Shown: positions 55,852 to 64,000 of the stretch, one piece after another
Position numbering within the stretch: position 1 is the stretch's first letter
How the letters are laid out: each line of letters opens with the position of its first letter
Source: Patescibacteria group bacterium
GTDB taxonomy: Bacteria > Patescibacteriota > UBA1384 > JBBRAU01
Assembly (NCBI GenBank): GCA_038206475.1
Contig: JBBRAU010000002.1
Location: forward strand, 13,892 to 77,891
Direction of reading: 5' to 3'
DNA length: 64,000 nt
Notes under the pieces: generated by a model
Databases searched by the model: none
Told to the model about the DNA's origin: nothing
The model's input: only the letters and a program-made list of their open reading frames with translations
Made by a program: the position numbers and the translations under genes

Positions 55852-57057
55852 TTAGCGGGCTGCGGTCAGCAGTTGGACTGAAGACGGCAATAAGGAAATA
55901 ACACTGACACCGGTCGGCACGACCACCTGCGTTTTGGCCAAATCCAAAACGAGTGTGCCGAGCGGTTTCTGGCTGGCGTCGATACTGACAACAACTGAGT
56001 TAGGACTCAATGAATTAATGAAACTAGCTGGGCCAGAGAGCACCACTTTGACGCTTGAGGGCGTCGTGCTGACCAACTTAGCGTTGGGCGGCAGTTTGAC
56101 GTCAAAGCCAACCGTTAATTCACGTTCGGTCTGGGGCTGACTGAGTGTGGCTTTAACCTGAACCGTAGCGGCTCCGCCGACCAGATTAACACCCTTCGGC
56201 AACACCAAACTAACCACTTTGCTTAGGTCGCCGGCACCGACGCCATCAAGCGGCAGTGGTGCCGTATCAATCGTCTGCAGACCGCTGATCAGACTGGCCT
56301 CACTACTAATGCTGATTGTGGCCGGATTGACCACAATGGCTGACAGGATGCTGCCGTCGGACGTGTGGCCACTGGTGACAACATGGACCCCGACATTTTT
56401 AACCGGCCCGGCCTTACTGAGCTGAATAACGACGTGGGCCGTCTGCGGCTCAAAGCGCACATGCGTCAGTGCTTTGCCAGAGGCATCTTCGGCCAGCCAG
56501 CCGACGTCGCGCTCAAAGCCATCGGTTTCACCATTTAATTTTACCTCAGCCGAAACTTGGGCTAAGGCATTCAGTTCACTTTGCGGACCGCGAACAGTCA
56601 CATGATCCGGCGTCAACGCCGTCGTACCGAGGACACTGCCAGCGGCTGCTTGACCACTGGTCTTAATTGCGGCCTTCACTTGCTTGGCCTTCTCCGGCTC
56701 CAGGCGGACAATAACGTGGTCTGGGATAACCTGAGCTATCTCTACGCCAGGCACCAGACTGGTTACCGTCACCGGCACACTGACGGTGCCCTCTTTAAGC
56801 GCCGCCAGCTCCAATTTGGCCTGAAAAGAATCGCTCTTTAAGGCCTGCCAGACCGCCCCGGGCGCTGAGACAATAATACGGACCGAGGCTGTGTCATACA
56901 CAGGCACCAGGCCGGCTGGCACGCTTGAGACGGTCAATGGCACGTCGCCTGGCACACTGTCTTGGCGCGCCTGATTAGCCGATACGTACAACCATAAGCT
57001 CGCCGCAATCAGCACGGCCAAAGCCTTGGTGGCAAAATGTTCAAATAGCCCCTTCAC
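55852..57057 (-). CDS. cdaR: YbbR-domain protein (CdaR-like regulator of diadenylate cyclase)
   Basis: N-terminal TM, repeated beta-rich YbbR-like segments, immediately downstream of and overlapping cdaA. Confidence 0.6.
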   Translation of the reverse strand: MKGLFEHFATKALAVLIAASLWLYVSANQARQDSVPGDVPLTVSSVPAGLVPVYDTASVRIIVSAPGAVWQALKSDSFQAKLELAALKEGTVSVPVTVTSLVPGVEIAQVIPDHVIVRLEPEKAKQVKAAIKTSGQAAAGSVLGTTALTPDHVTVRGPQSELNALAQVSAEVKLNGETDGFERDVGWLAEDASGKALTHVRFEPQTAHVVIQLSKAGPVKNVGVHVVTSGHTSDGSILSAIVVNPATISISSEASLISGLQTIDTAPLPLDGVGAGDLSKVVSLVLPKGVNLVGGAATVQVKATLSQPQTERELTVGFDVKLPPNAKLVSTTPSSVKVVLSGPASFINSLSPNSVVVSIDASQKPLGTLVLDLAKTQVVVPTGVSVISLLPSSVQLLTAAR

Positions 57058-57848
57058 TTGCGCTCCTTAAGCATGCGCAGTAGCGCTCGCCGCAGCTCAT
57101 CGGCGGTCAGATCAAAGCGAATTTTGCGATCATAGGCCAGTGAAATGGTCCCCTTTTCTTCAGATATCACCACGCTGACGGCATCCGTTTGCTGCGCCAG
57201 TGCCAAAGCTGCCTTATGTCGGGTGCCCAACTGATATTCCAGGGATCCCTGGAATACGGGCAGTGTCGTGCTGGCCGCGGTAATGGTATTACCTTGGATA
57301 ATGACCGCGCCGTCATGCAGTGGTGTCCGCGGCTGGAAAATAGTTAACAGCAACTCAAACGACAGCTTAGCGTTCAAACGCGTGCCGGTCTGGATTGTTT
57401 CTTCCAGTGAATCTTGGCGTTCGATAACCAGCAAGGCGCCAACATGCTGATTGGCGAGCGTCTCGGCGGACAACACAATGTCGTCAATGGCCTGCAGAAT
57501 TTCTGGGTGCTTCAACACGCCAAAGCGACCAACAAACTGTGTCCGGCCAAGACGCTCCAGGGCGGCGCGTAACTCCGGCTGAAAGATAATCGGAATGGCG
57601 ATAAGCAAGCCGGCCAAAATATGGTCCAGCACCCAGTTTAAGAGTTCAAGCTGCAACAACCGACCAAGTAGAAACAATACAAATAGTAGGGCGATGCCGC
57701 CGACCATACGGGCTGCTCGCGTCTCGCGGATGAGCGTTAACGCCCAGTAGCAGAGAATGGCGACGATACCGATATCTATCAGTGTCAATGGCAGTGTACG
57801 CAGGGTCATGTGCTGCCAAGTCGAACCAGCCCGCGACAGCTGACTCAT
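57054..57848 (-). CDS. cdaA: Diadenylate cyclase (c-di-AMP synthase), membrane form
   Basis: Three N-terminal TM helices and DAC blocks (GALLVIER, TPLHDGAVII, LGTRHKAALAL...ISLA); start chosen at ATG 57848 because the TTG at 57941 abuts a terminator. Confidence 0.8.
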   Translation of the reverse strand: MSQLSRAGSTWQHMTLRTLPLTLIDIGIVAILCYWALTLIRETRAARMVGGIALLFVLFLLGRLLQLELLNWVLDHILAGLLIAIPIIFQPELRAALERLGRTQFVGRFGVLKHPEILQAIDDIVLSAETLANQHVGALLVIERQDSLEETIQTGTRLNAKLSFELLLTIFQPRTPLHDGAVIIQGNTITAASTTLPVFQGSLEYQLGTRHKAALALAQQTDAVSVVISEEKGTISLAYDRKIRFDLTADELRRALLRMLKERK

Positions 57849-57960
57849 CAATGTCTGCAAGAATGTAGTGATAATGCCCACCGGTGCTGCCCCAGACTTA
57901 GCGGCGCGACTACCGCTTTGTTTTAGTGTAGCAAGGGGCAAGATCAGAAGCTACTAACAC

Positions 57961-57990
57961 AAAAGAGGCCGTCTGGCCTCTTTTGTGTTC
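57961..57990. terminator. Bidirectional terminator
   Basis: GAGGCC-GTCT-GGCCTC hairpin flanked by AAAA and TTTT. Confidence 0.65.
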
Positions 57991-58001
57991 GGAACCTAAA
58001 T

Positions 58002-58160
58002 TTATTTTATAAGTTGCACAGCAGCGTGAGCGTGCATTGCTGCCTGGAAAAAGAAGAGGCCGCCTCCGATGAGCAGCGCCACGGCGAAGGTGGCAAGCCG
58101 GTTCATTAGATGATGATCAGACGTATCTTGACTCTGTTCCGGACTGTGGTAGTAGGCCAT
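58002..58160 (-). CDS. Small membrane protein (52 aa), unknown function
   Basis: AAGGAG SD 9 nt before ATG 58160; single hydrophobic helix; followed by terminator. Confidence 0.4.
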   Translation of the reverse strand: MAYYHSPEQSQDTSDHHLMNRLATFAVALLIGGGLFFFQAAMHAHAAVQLIK

Positions 58161-58257
58161 GCGGCTATCTCCTTTTTGTTGCTCCCCTTGCAGGGCTAAT
58201 GAATGGATTGCTCCGATGAGCGTAGCACTCACCTCGCCTATAGCCGCAAGCACACAA

Positions 58258-58298
58258 GCGACAAAACAATCGGCTATTGCTAGCCGATTGTTTGTCGC
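58258..58298. repeat. 17-18 bp near-perfect inverted repeat immediately downstream of the infB stop
   Basis: GCGACAAAACAATCGGCT - attgct - AGCCGATTGTTTGTCGC (single A bulge). Confidence 0.6.
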
Positions 58299-58308
58299 AC
58301 TTCAGCAA

Positions 58309-60201
58309 TTACAGTTCGCGCTTTAGTTCTTCGGTACGGAACAGCTCCAAGACGTCACCTTCGGCGACTTCAACGTGGCCGGGCAGGCCAACGCCGGCTT
58401 CAACTCCAGCGGAAATTTCTGGCACTTCAGTCTTCTCACGGCGGAGCGATTCAACTGTCCCTTCACCGACAATTTCTTTACCGCGAAAAACATGGACCGG
58501 CTGGCCTTTGACCAGTTTGCCCTCTTCCACCCGCACACCAAGAATTTTCTCACGCTTATCGGCCCGGAAGACGCGCAGCACTTTGGCCCGGCCAACAACA
58601 ACCTCGACGGTTTCGGTTGGCAGCAAGCCCGACAGCGCCCGGCGCAGATCATCCTGCAGTTCATAAATAACGTCGTAGAGTGAAACAGGCACCTGGCTTT
58701 GCTCCGCCAGGCGGCGCACCGGTGCCGGCAGCGCCACGCGGAAGCCAATCAGAAGGCTGCCAGTGGTTTGGGCCAGCAGAATATCAGATTCCGTGATGTC
58801 ACCAACGCCGGAACGGACGGTTTTGATGGCTACTTCACTGGTGCCAATATCTTCAAGCAGCTGGGCAATGGCGTCAATTGAGCCCTGCACATCAGCTTTT
58901 AAAACAATCGACAGCTCGCGTAGTCGGCCCAGGCCAACCCGCTCGGCCAAGGCTGACATGCCTTTGGTTTTCAGTTGGGCAACCGATTTGACCACGTCTT
59001 GCTGTTTGGCAAAACTGGCAGCCGCCTCACGGGCCTCTTTCTCGCTGGAGAAGACAGCCACCGACTGGCCGGCCTTCGGCACACCAGACAGACCAGCTAC
59101 GATTACCGGTGTGCCCGGCGAGGCGGCTTCAAGCCGCTCACCGCGTTCATTCTCTAGGAAGCGTACGCGGCCCCAGAATGAGCCAATGGAGATCGATTCA
59201 CCCGGATGCATGGTGCCATTTTGAATCAAGATGGTCGCCACCGCGCCACGGCCAGACTGCTTGTTGGCCTCAATAACGACTCCGACGGCGGTAGCCGCCG
59301 GATCAGCTCGCAGATTTTTCATATCAGCCACAACCATGACGGTGTCGAGCAGCGTCTCGATGCCTTCTCGACTGATTGATGAAATTGGCACAATCGGCGT
59401 CTCACCGCCCCAACCTTCGACCAATACGCCGGCTTCAGCCAGGCCGGCCTTGACCATGTCCGGATTAGCCTCTGGTTTGTCCATCTTGGTGATCGCCACA
59501 ACCAGCGGCACGTTGGCCGCTTTGGCGTGGTCAATGACCTCTTTGGTTTGCGGCTTGACACCGTCGTCGGCCGCGACAACCAAAATAATAATGTCGGTAA
59601 TGGTCGCGCCGTGGGCGCGCATGGTGGCAAAGGCGGCGTGACCCGGTGTATCAAGGAAGGTGATTTTGCGCTGATCGCCGTTTGGGCTCTGCCAGTCAAC
59701 TTGGTAGGCGCCGATGTGTTGGGTAATACCGCCAGACTCGCCAGCCACCACATTGGTTTGGCGCACTGCGTCGAGCAGAGTAGTTTTGCCATGATCAACA
59801 TGGCCCATAACAGCGACAACCGGCGGCCGCGGCCGGAGGTCAGCTTCATTAACCAGCTCAGCGGTATGCTCAGCGGCTTTGGCGGCGGTCGGCATTACCT
59901 CCGCCCCTAAGTCGTCAGCTACAATAGCGGCGGTTTCAAAATCGATCGCTTGGTTGATAGTGGCTAGTACACCGTAGCGCATGAGCGCGCCAATAACTGC
60001 GGTTGGCGGTTGGTCTAATTTGTCGGCATAGTCCCGGACACTAACCACAGGCGGCAACTCGACGCGCTTTTTAACAACCACAGCCGCCACCTGCACCGGC
60101 TGGTTGGCCAAAAAAGCCGCCCGCTCAACTGACTGGCGTACTTCGGCTTTGGCCTCCTTTTTAGAAGGCTTGCGTTTTTTAGAGCGACTATGTTGTGCCA
60201 T
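58309..60201 (-). CDS. infB: Translation initiation factor IF-2
   Basis: [13 protein letters not shown]1 motif and IF-2 C-terminal domains; start at ATG 60201 (track starts TTG 60207). Confidence 0.95.
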   Translation of the reverse strand: MAQHSRSKKRKPSKKEAKAEVRQSVERAAFLANQPVQVAAVVVKKRVELPPVVSVRDYADKLDQPPTAVIGALMRYGVLATINQAIDFETAAIVADDLGAEVMPTAAKAAEHTAELVNEADLRPRPPVVAVMGHVDHGKTTLLDAVRQTNVVAGESGGITQHIGAYQVDWQSPNGDQRKITFLDTPGHAAFATMRAHGATITDIIILVVAADDGVKPQTKEVIDHAKAANVPLVVAITKMDKPEANPDMVKAGLAEAGVLVEGWGGETPIVPISSISREGIETLLDTVMVVADMKNLRADPAATAVGVVIEANKQSGRGAVATILIQNGTMHPGESISIGSFWGRVRFLENERGERLEAASPGTPVIVAGLSGVPKAGQSVAVFSSEKEAREAAASFAKQQDVVKSVAQLKTKGMSALAERVGLGRLRELSIVLKADVQGSIDAIAQLLEDIGTSEVAIKTVRSGVGDITESDILLAQTTGSLLIGFRVALPAPVRRLAEQSQVPVSLYDVIYELQDDLRRALSGLLPTETVEVVVGRAKVLRVFRADKREKILGVRVEEGKLVKGQPVHVFRGKEIVGEGTVESLRREKTEVPEISAGVEAGVGLPGHVEVAEGDVLELFRTEELKREL

Positions 60202-60393
60202 ATGCAATTACACTACTACAAATACGCTTCTTTTTCAATTGACTGACCGCGTAAAGTTGGGCAGATTCGCAAACGAGGTAGATTAAGTGCTGTCTTGACA
60301 AACCTGCCGACCTGGTAAAATAATGGCCTAAATGGGGTAGGGTGGTTTTGTACTTTCTGTGACACTCTCCCCGGCTCGTGCACGAGGAGGTGC

Positions 60394-60714
60394 ATGATGA
60401 CCCGCTACAGACTGCACTTCGACAAGCCAGACCAGATGCATGCGACTAGGCAACTCGTAGAAAAACGGTTCGGTCCGGAGGCAGCCACCGTATTCTATGA
60501 GGCCAGCGACAACCTAGAGCACGTGCCTGGGCATATCGGTCAGCTGCTCCTTGGTAAAGAGTGTTTCGTGGTCATAAGCAACTCTCAGCTCGCAAGCGAG
60601 CAGTCCTCGAAGCCAGAAGGGTCAGGCGGATATGGGCTGCTTATAATCAGAGCTCTGGGCGGGATCATCGGCTACGACCAACACGGTACCGCCGTCGCGT
60701 GGGCAAACACCTAA
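60394..60714 (+). CDS. Hypothetical protein (106 aa), divergent from infB
   Basis: GAGGAGG SD before ATG 60394; followed by hairpin terminator. Confidence 0.45.
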   Translation: MMTRYRLHFDKPDQMHATRQLVEKRFGPEAATVFYEASDNLEHVPGHIGQLLLGKECFVVISNSQLASEQSSKPEGSGGYGLLIIRALGGIIGYDQHGTAVAWANT

Positions 60715-60716
60715 CA

Positions 60717-60750
60717 AAGAGCCGGGAATTACTCCCGGCACTTTATTTGT
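60717..60750. terminator. Bidirectional terminator between the hypothetical gene and gyrA
   Basis: GCCGGGA/TCCCGGC stem with 5-nt loop followed by a T-rich tract. Confidence 0.55.
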
Positions 60751-60766
60751 TGCCGTGTCCGGCCAA

Positions 60767-63430
60767 CTACTCTTCAGAGACGTTTTGTTTATACTTGTGA
60801 ACCGTAATGGCCGGGGTTGCTTTAGCGGCTTCTGCAGCTGGTTTTTTGGTTGCCAGAGCAGCCTTTTTACCTGCTGGCGCTTTAACAGTAGAAATAGCCG
60901 GTTTGGTAGCAGAGGCTTTGGTCGACTCAACCGGTATAGGTGTTTCGATTATTTCCTCTTCAATGAGAGCAACTGAGGCCACTTTATCACCGCTCTTCAA
61001 GCGCATAATGGTCACGCCTTGCGTGTCACGGCCCAGCCGCTTAATCGATTTCAGCGGAATGCGCAGCATTTGGCCGCCGTCAGAGATGAGTAGCAAATCG
61101 GACGTTTCGTTGTGCACCAGCTCCATACCAATAATTTGACCGGTTTTAGCTGTCACATTGGCCACTTTAATACCGATGCCGCCGCGGCCTTGCTCGCTAA
61201 AGTGGTCAAGTTTGGTCCGCTTGCCAAAGCCGTTTTCCAGCACAATCAAAGCATCGGTTTGCGCTTTTTCTTCCGTGCCCACCACGTCCATACTCATGAC
61301 GCGGTCAGTTGGGCGCAACTTCATGCCTCGCACGCCGGCGGCTGAGCGGCCAAGCGGACGGGCGTCTTGCTCGTTGAACAAAATGGCCTGGCCGCGGGCG
61401 GAAACCATAAAAACTTGATCTTTGCCGTGCGAGGTTTTAACCCACTTCAGTTCGTCACCGGTTTGCAGCCGAATGGCAATAATGCCGGACTTGCGCACGT
61501 TCTTATAGGCTTCAATCTCGGTTTTTTTAATGACGCCCTGCTCGGTGGCCATAATAAAGTACTTGAGCTTATCGCGACTACCCTTTTTGAGGGTAATCAT
61601 GGCAGTCACCTTTTCATCTGGGGCAATTTGGACAATGTTGACCAACGCTTGACCTTTTGCCTGGCGTGAGGCCATCGGCAGCTCGTACACCTTGGTTTGG
61701 AACAATCGACCGCGGTTGGTAAAGAACAAAACATCGTCATGGGTGCGGGCGGTCAGCAGCTCGCTCACCATGTCTTCCTCTTTGGTCTGCATGCCGACAA
61801 TGCCTTTACCACCGCGGCCCTGCGCCCGAAAGGTGTCAACCGGCAAACGCTTAATGTAGTTCGATTTAGTCAGAGTGATAAGCGTCTCTTCATCCGGAAT
61901 TAAATCTTCAGCCGAGAATTTACCCAGGCCTTCCTGATGAATTTCGGTTCTACGCGCGTCGCCAAATTTGGCTTTGATGGCCAAAAACTCCTCTTTCATG
62001 ATGGCGTGAATGCGACCTGGGTCAGCCAAAATAGCTTTGTACTCCGCAATGCTTACCAGCATTTCGGCCAATTCATCCTCAATCCGCTGCCGTTCAAGAG
62101 CGGCCAAGGCGGCCAGGCGCATTTCCAAGATAGCGCTGGCCTGAATTTCGGACAGTTTAAACTGAGTAATTAAGTTAGTACGGGCGACTTCACGGTTGGC
62201 GGAGGCACGGATGGTCGAGATGACGGCGTCAATATGGTCAAGAGCAATCTTTAAGCCCTGCAAAACATGGGCGCGTTCTTCAGCTTTTTTGAGCAGATAC
62301 TCGGTGCGCCGACGGACCACTTCAAAGCGGAATTCGAGGAACAGCCGCATCAACTCTTTGAGATTCAAAATCCGCGGCTCTAAGTCCTTGGTCAAGGCCA
62401 GCATGTTGACGTAAAAAGCGCTCTGCAGCTGCGTCAGCTCATACAGCTGGTTCAGTATTTTGGTTGGGTAGGCCGTAGCTTTCAACTCAACGACCACCCG
62501 AATGCCTTTGCGGTCAGATTCGTCTCGCAGGTCAGCAATGCCTTCAATTCGTTTCTCTTTGACCAGATCAGCAATTTTTTCAACCAGCGTCGCTTTATTA
62601 ACCGCAAACGGAATTTCGCTAATGATAATATGCGAACCACGCTTACCTTCTTCGATAATTGCGCGTCCGCGGACAACAATCTTTCCGCGTCCAGTGGCAT
62701 AAGCGGTGCGAATATCTTCGGTATTATATATCAGGCCAGCCGTCGGGAAATCCGGCCCCTTCACAAATTGGAGAAGCTCATCAACGTCAGCTTCCGGGTT
62801 ATCGACTAAGTGGTTGAGGCCGTCACACAACTCCGTTAAATTGTGGGGCGGAATGTTGGTGGCCATGCCAACCGCAATGCCAACTGAGCCGTTCATTAAC
62901 AGCTGCGGTACTTTGGAGGGCAGTACTCGCGGCTCTTGGCGCGTGGAGTCATAGTTAGGAATCCAGTCGACCGTCTCTTTCTCTAAATCTTCAAGCATCT
63001 CCTCGGCAATCGCCGTTAAGCGTGCTTCGGTGTACCGCATGGCTGCCGCTTCATCGCCATCGATGCTGCCGAAATTGCCTTGGCCGTCTACCAGCGGGTA
63101 GCGCATGGCGAACGGTTGGGCCATGTGCACCAGGGTTGGGTAGATAACTTGTTCACCGTGTGGGTGGTAATTACCCGATGTGTCGCCGGCAATTTTAGCG
63201 CATTTTCGGTGCTTGGATCGATGGCTTAAATTGAGGTCACGCATGGCAACTAAAATACGGCGCTGTGATGGCTTTAAACCATCACGTAAATCGGGCAGCG
63301 CCCGGGCAACAATAACCGACATGGCGTAGTCCAGATAGGAGCGCGACAATTCCTCGGTAACACTCATGACCTCAACTTGGCCGATATCAAGGCCTGGGTC
63401 AGTCTCGTGGCGCGAAGGTTTTTTTGGCAT
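60767..63430 (-). CDS. gyrA: DNA gyrase subunit A
   Basis: SYLDYAMSVIVARALPDLRDGLKP, active-site region, GyrA-box-like QGRGGKG in the C-terminal domain. Confidence 0.9.
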   Translation of the reverse strand: MPKKPSRHETDPGLDIGQVEVMSVTEELSRSYLDYAMSVIVARALPDLRDGLKPSQRRILVAMRDLNLSHRSKHRKCAKIAGDTSGNYHPHGEQVIYPTLVHMAQPFAMRYPLVDGQGNFGSIDGDEAAAMRYTEARLTAIAEEMLEDLEKETVDWIPNYDSTRQEPRVLPSKVPQLLMNGSVGIAVGMATNIPPHNLTELCDGLNHLVDNPEADVDELLQFVKGPDFPTAGLIYNTEDIRTAYATGRGKIVVRGRAIIEEGKRGSHIIISEIPFAVNKATLVEKIADLVKEKRIEGIADLRDESDRKGIRVVVELKATAYPTKILNQLYELTQLQSAFYVNMLALTKDLEPRILNLKELMRLFLEFRFEVVRRRTEYLLKKAEERAHVLQGLKIALDHIDAVISTIRASANREVARTNLITQFKLSEIQASAILEMRLAALAALERQRIEDELAEMLVSIAEYKAILADPGRIHAIMKEEFLAIKAKFGDARRTEIHQEGLGKFSAEDLIPDEETLITLTKSNYIKRLPVDTFRAQGRGGKGIVGMQTKEEDMVSELLTARTHDDVLFFTNRGRLFQTKVYELPMASRQAKGQALVNIVQIAPDEKVTAMITLKKGSRDKLKYFIMATEQGVIKKTEIEAYKNVRKSGIIAIRLQTGDELKWVKTSHGKDQVFMVSARGQAILFNEQDARPLGRSAAGVRGMKLRPTDRVMSMDVVGTEEKAQTDALIVLENGFGKRTKLDHFSEQGRGGIGIKVANVTAKTGQIIGMELVHNETSDLLLISDGGQMLRIPLKSIKRLGRDTQGVTIMRLKSGDKVASVALIEEEIIETPIPVESTKASATKPAISTVKAPAGKKAALATKKPAAEAAKATPAITVHKYKQNVSEE

Positions 63431-63436
63431 AGACCT

Positions 63437-63465
63437 ATTCTAGCACAGCCCGCGCTCAGAGCCAA
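63437..63465 (-). promoter_or_regulatory. Candidate gyrA promoter positioned for a leaderless transcript
   Basis: Minus strand TTGGCT - 17 nt - TAGAAT, with only 6 nt between the -10 hexamer and the gyrA ATG. Confidence 0.4.
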
Positions 63466-63633
63466 TTGACAGAGTACGTCTTTTGGCTCACTTTAGGCAC
63501 TTCTTCGCTGCTCTGCCTGCAGAAGGGACTGCTTAACCATGCACTTGCACCTAAGCATCTGCAAGACAATCGTCCTTGGTCTCTTCATCTGGACTATTGT
63601 CTGATTCTCGGCCTACAACAAGTCAGCTCTGCC

Positions 63634-63837
63634 ATGAATCACTTCCTAGATTTACCGGAGGTACTAATCCTCGCTGCTATCCTCTGGGGCGCTATGCTCT
63701 TTTTGCTCGCTTGGTGTGTTTGGGAGCGAGCTATTGCATCGCGTTCAATCCTCCGCGGCGCTAGGAGCTGGTCTCTCATGCTGCTCCCTTCGGCCGGACT
63801 CGCTTACGGCGGCTGGGTTGGCCTCCTTTACCATTGA
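63634..63837 (+). CDS. Small hydrophobic ORF (67 aa), doubtful
   Basis: Membrane-like composition; no convincing SD; a 23-codon ORF (63859-63930) and a terminator follow. Confidence 0.2.
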   Translation: MNHFLDLPEVLILAAILWGAMLFLLAWCVWERAIASRSILRGARSWSLMLLPSAGLAYGGWVGLLYH

Positions 63838-63932
63838 GGAGTGAGCTGGACGATCGTCATGACGATTGTGATGGCGATCGGGCTCTTCCTGCCTATCTCG
63901 CTTCGCGCCTACCGTTTCGAACAGTTCTAATC

Positions 63933-63962
63933 AAAAACCCGCCGAACCTGGCGGGTTTTTTA
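63933..63962. terminator. Bidirectional hairpin terminator
   Basis: CCCGCC-GAACCT-GGCGGG flanked by AAAAA and TTTTT. Confidence 0.55.
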
Positions 63963-64000
63963 TGGTTTCGGTTGAGCTAAAAATGGAGACTCAATATTTC

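Noticed and set aside
1-64000. CRISPR arrays, rRNA genes, integrases or transposases
   Set aside because: No regularly spaced direct repeats with unique spacers, no rRNA-like conserved stretches, and no integrase, transposase or recombinase ORFs were seen by eye

Overview
This 64-kb window (roughly 55-60% GC by eye) is almost entirely the translation/transcription core of a compact bacterial genome, with most genes on the minus strand. All calls rest on reading the supplied ORF translations and the raw sequence; no database search or folding was run. Minus-strand order from high to low coordinate: gyrA, infB, cdaA-cdaR, a LysM/M23 peptidase, obg, rpoB-rpoC, rpsL-rpsG, a STAS-domain insertion, fusA, a three-gene insertion, tuf-rpsJ, a 550-nt spacer, then rplC through rplP, secY, adk-map, infA/rpmJ, rpsM-rpsK-rpsD-rpoA-rplQ, rplM-rpsI, rbfA, pheS-pheT, archaeal-type aspS, a pseudouridine synthase and a D-Ala-D-Ala carboxypeptidase. 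The plus strand carries leuS, yceD-like/rpmF/nusB/rnc and a few accessory genes; there are two tRNA-Ala genes. Stops use TAA, TAG and TGA (standard code). The absence of L30 and nusA, the archaeal-type AspRS and the interrupted operons fit a streamlined, possibly CPR/Saccharibacteria-like genome, but that is inference. I found no single clear novel system; the most interesting signals are (1) a recurring bipartite intergenic motif with core TCGCTACGC that abuts the stop codons of tuf and rpsN and also sits upstream of tRNA-Ala, (2) insertions that break the str and S10 operons (a small secreted Cys protein with AGG-rich codon usage, a C39-like peptidase, an orphan STAS gene, and an antisense small gene between rpsJ and rplC), (3) infA reading on through the whole of rpmJ in another frame, and (4) a GC-rich dockerin-like gene.
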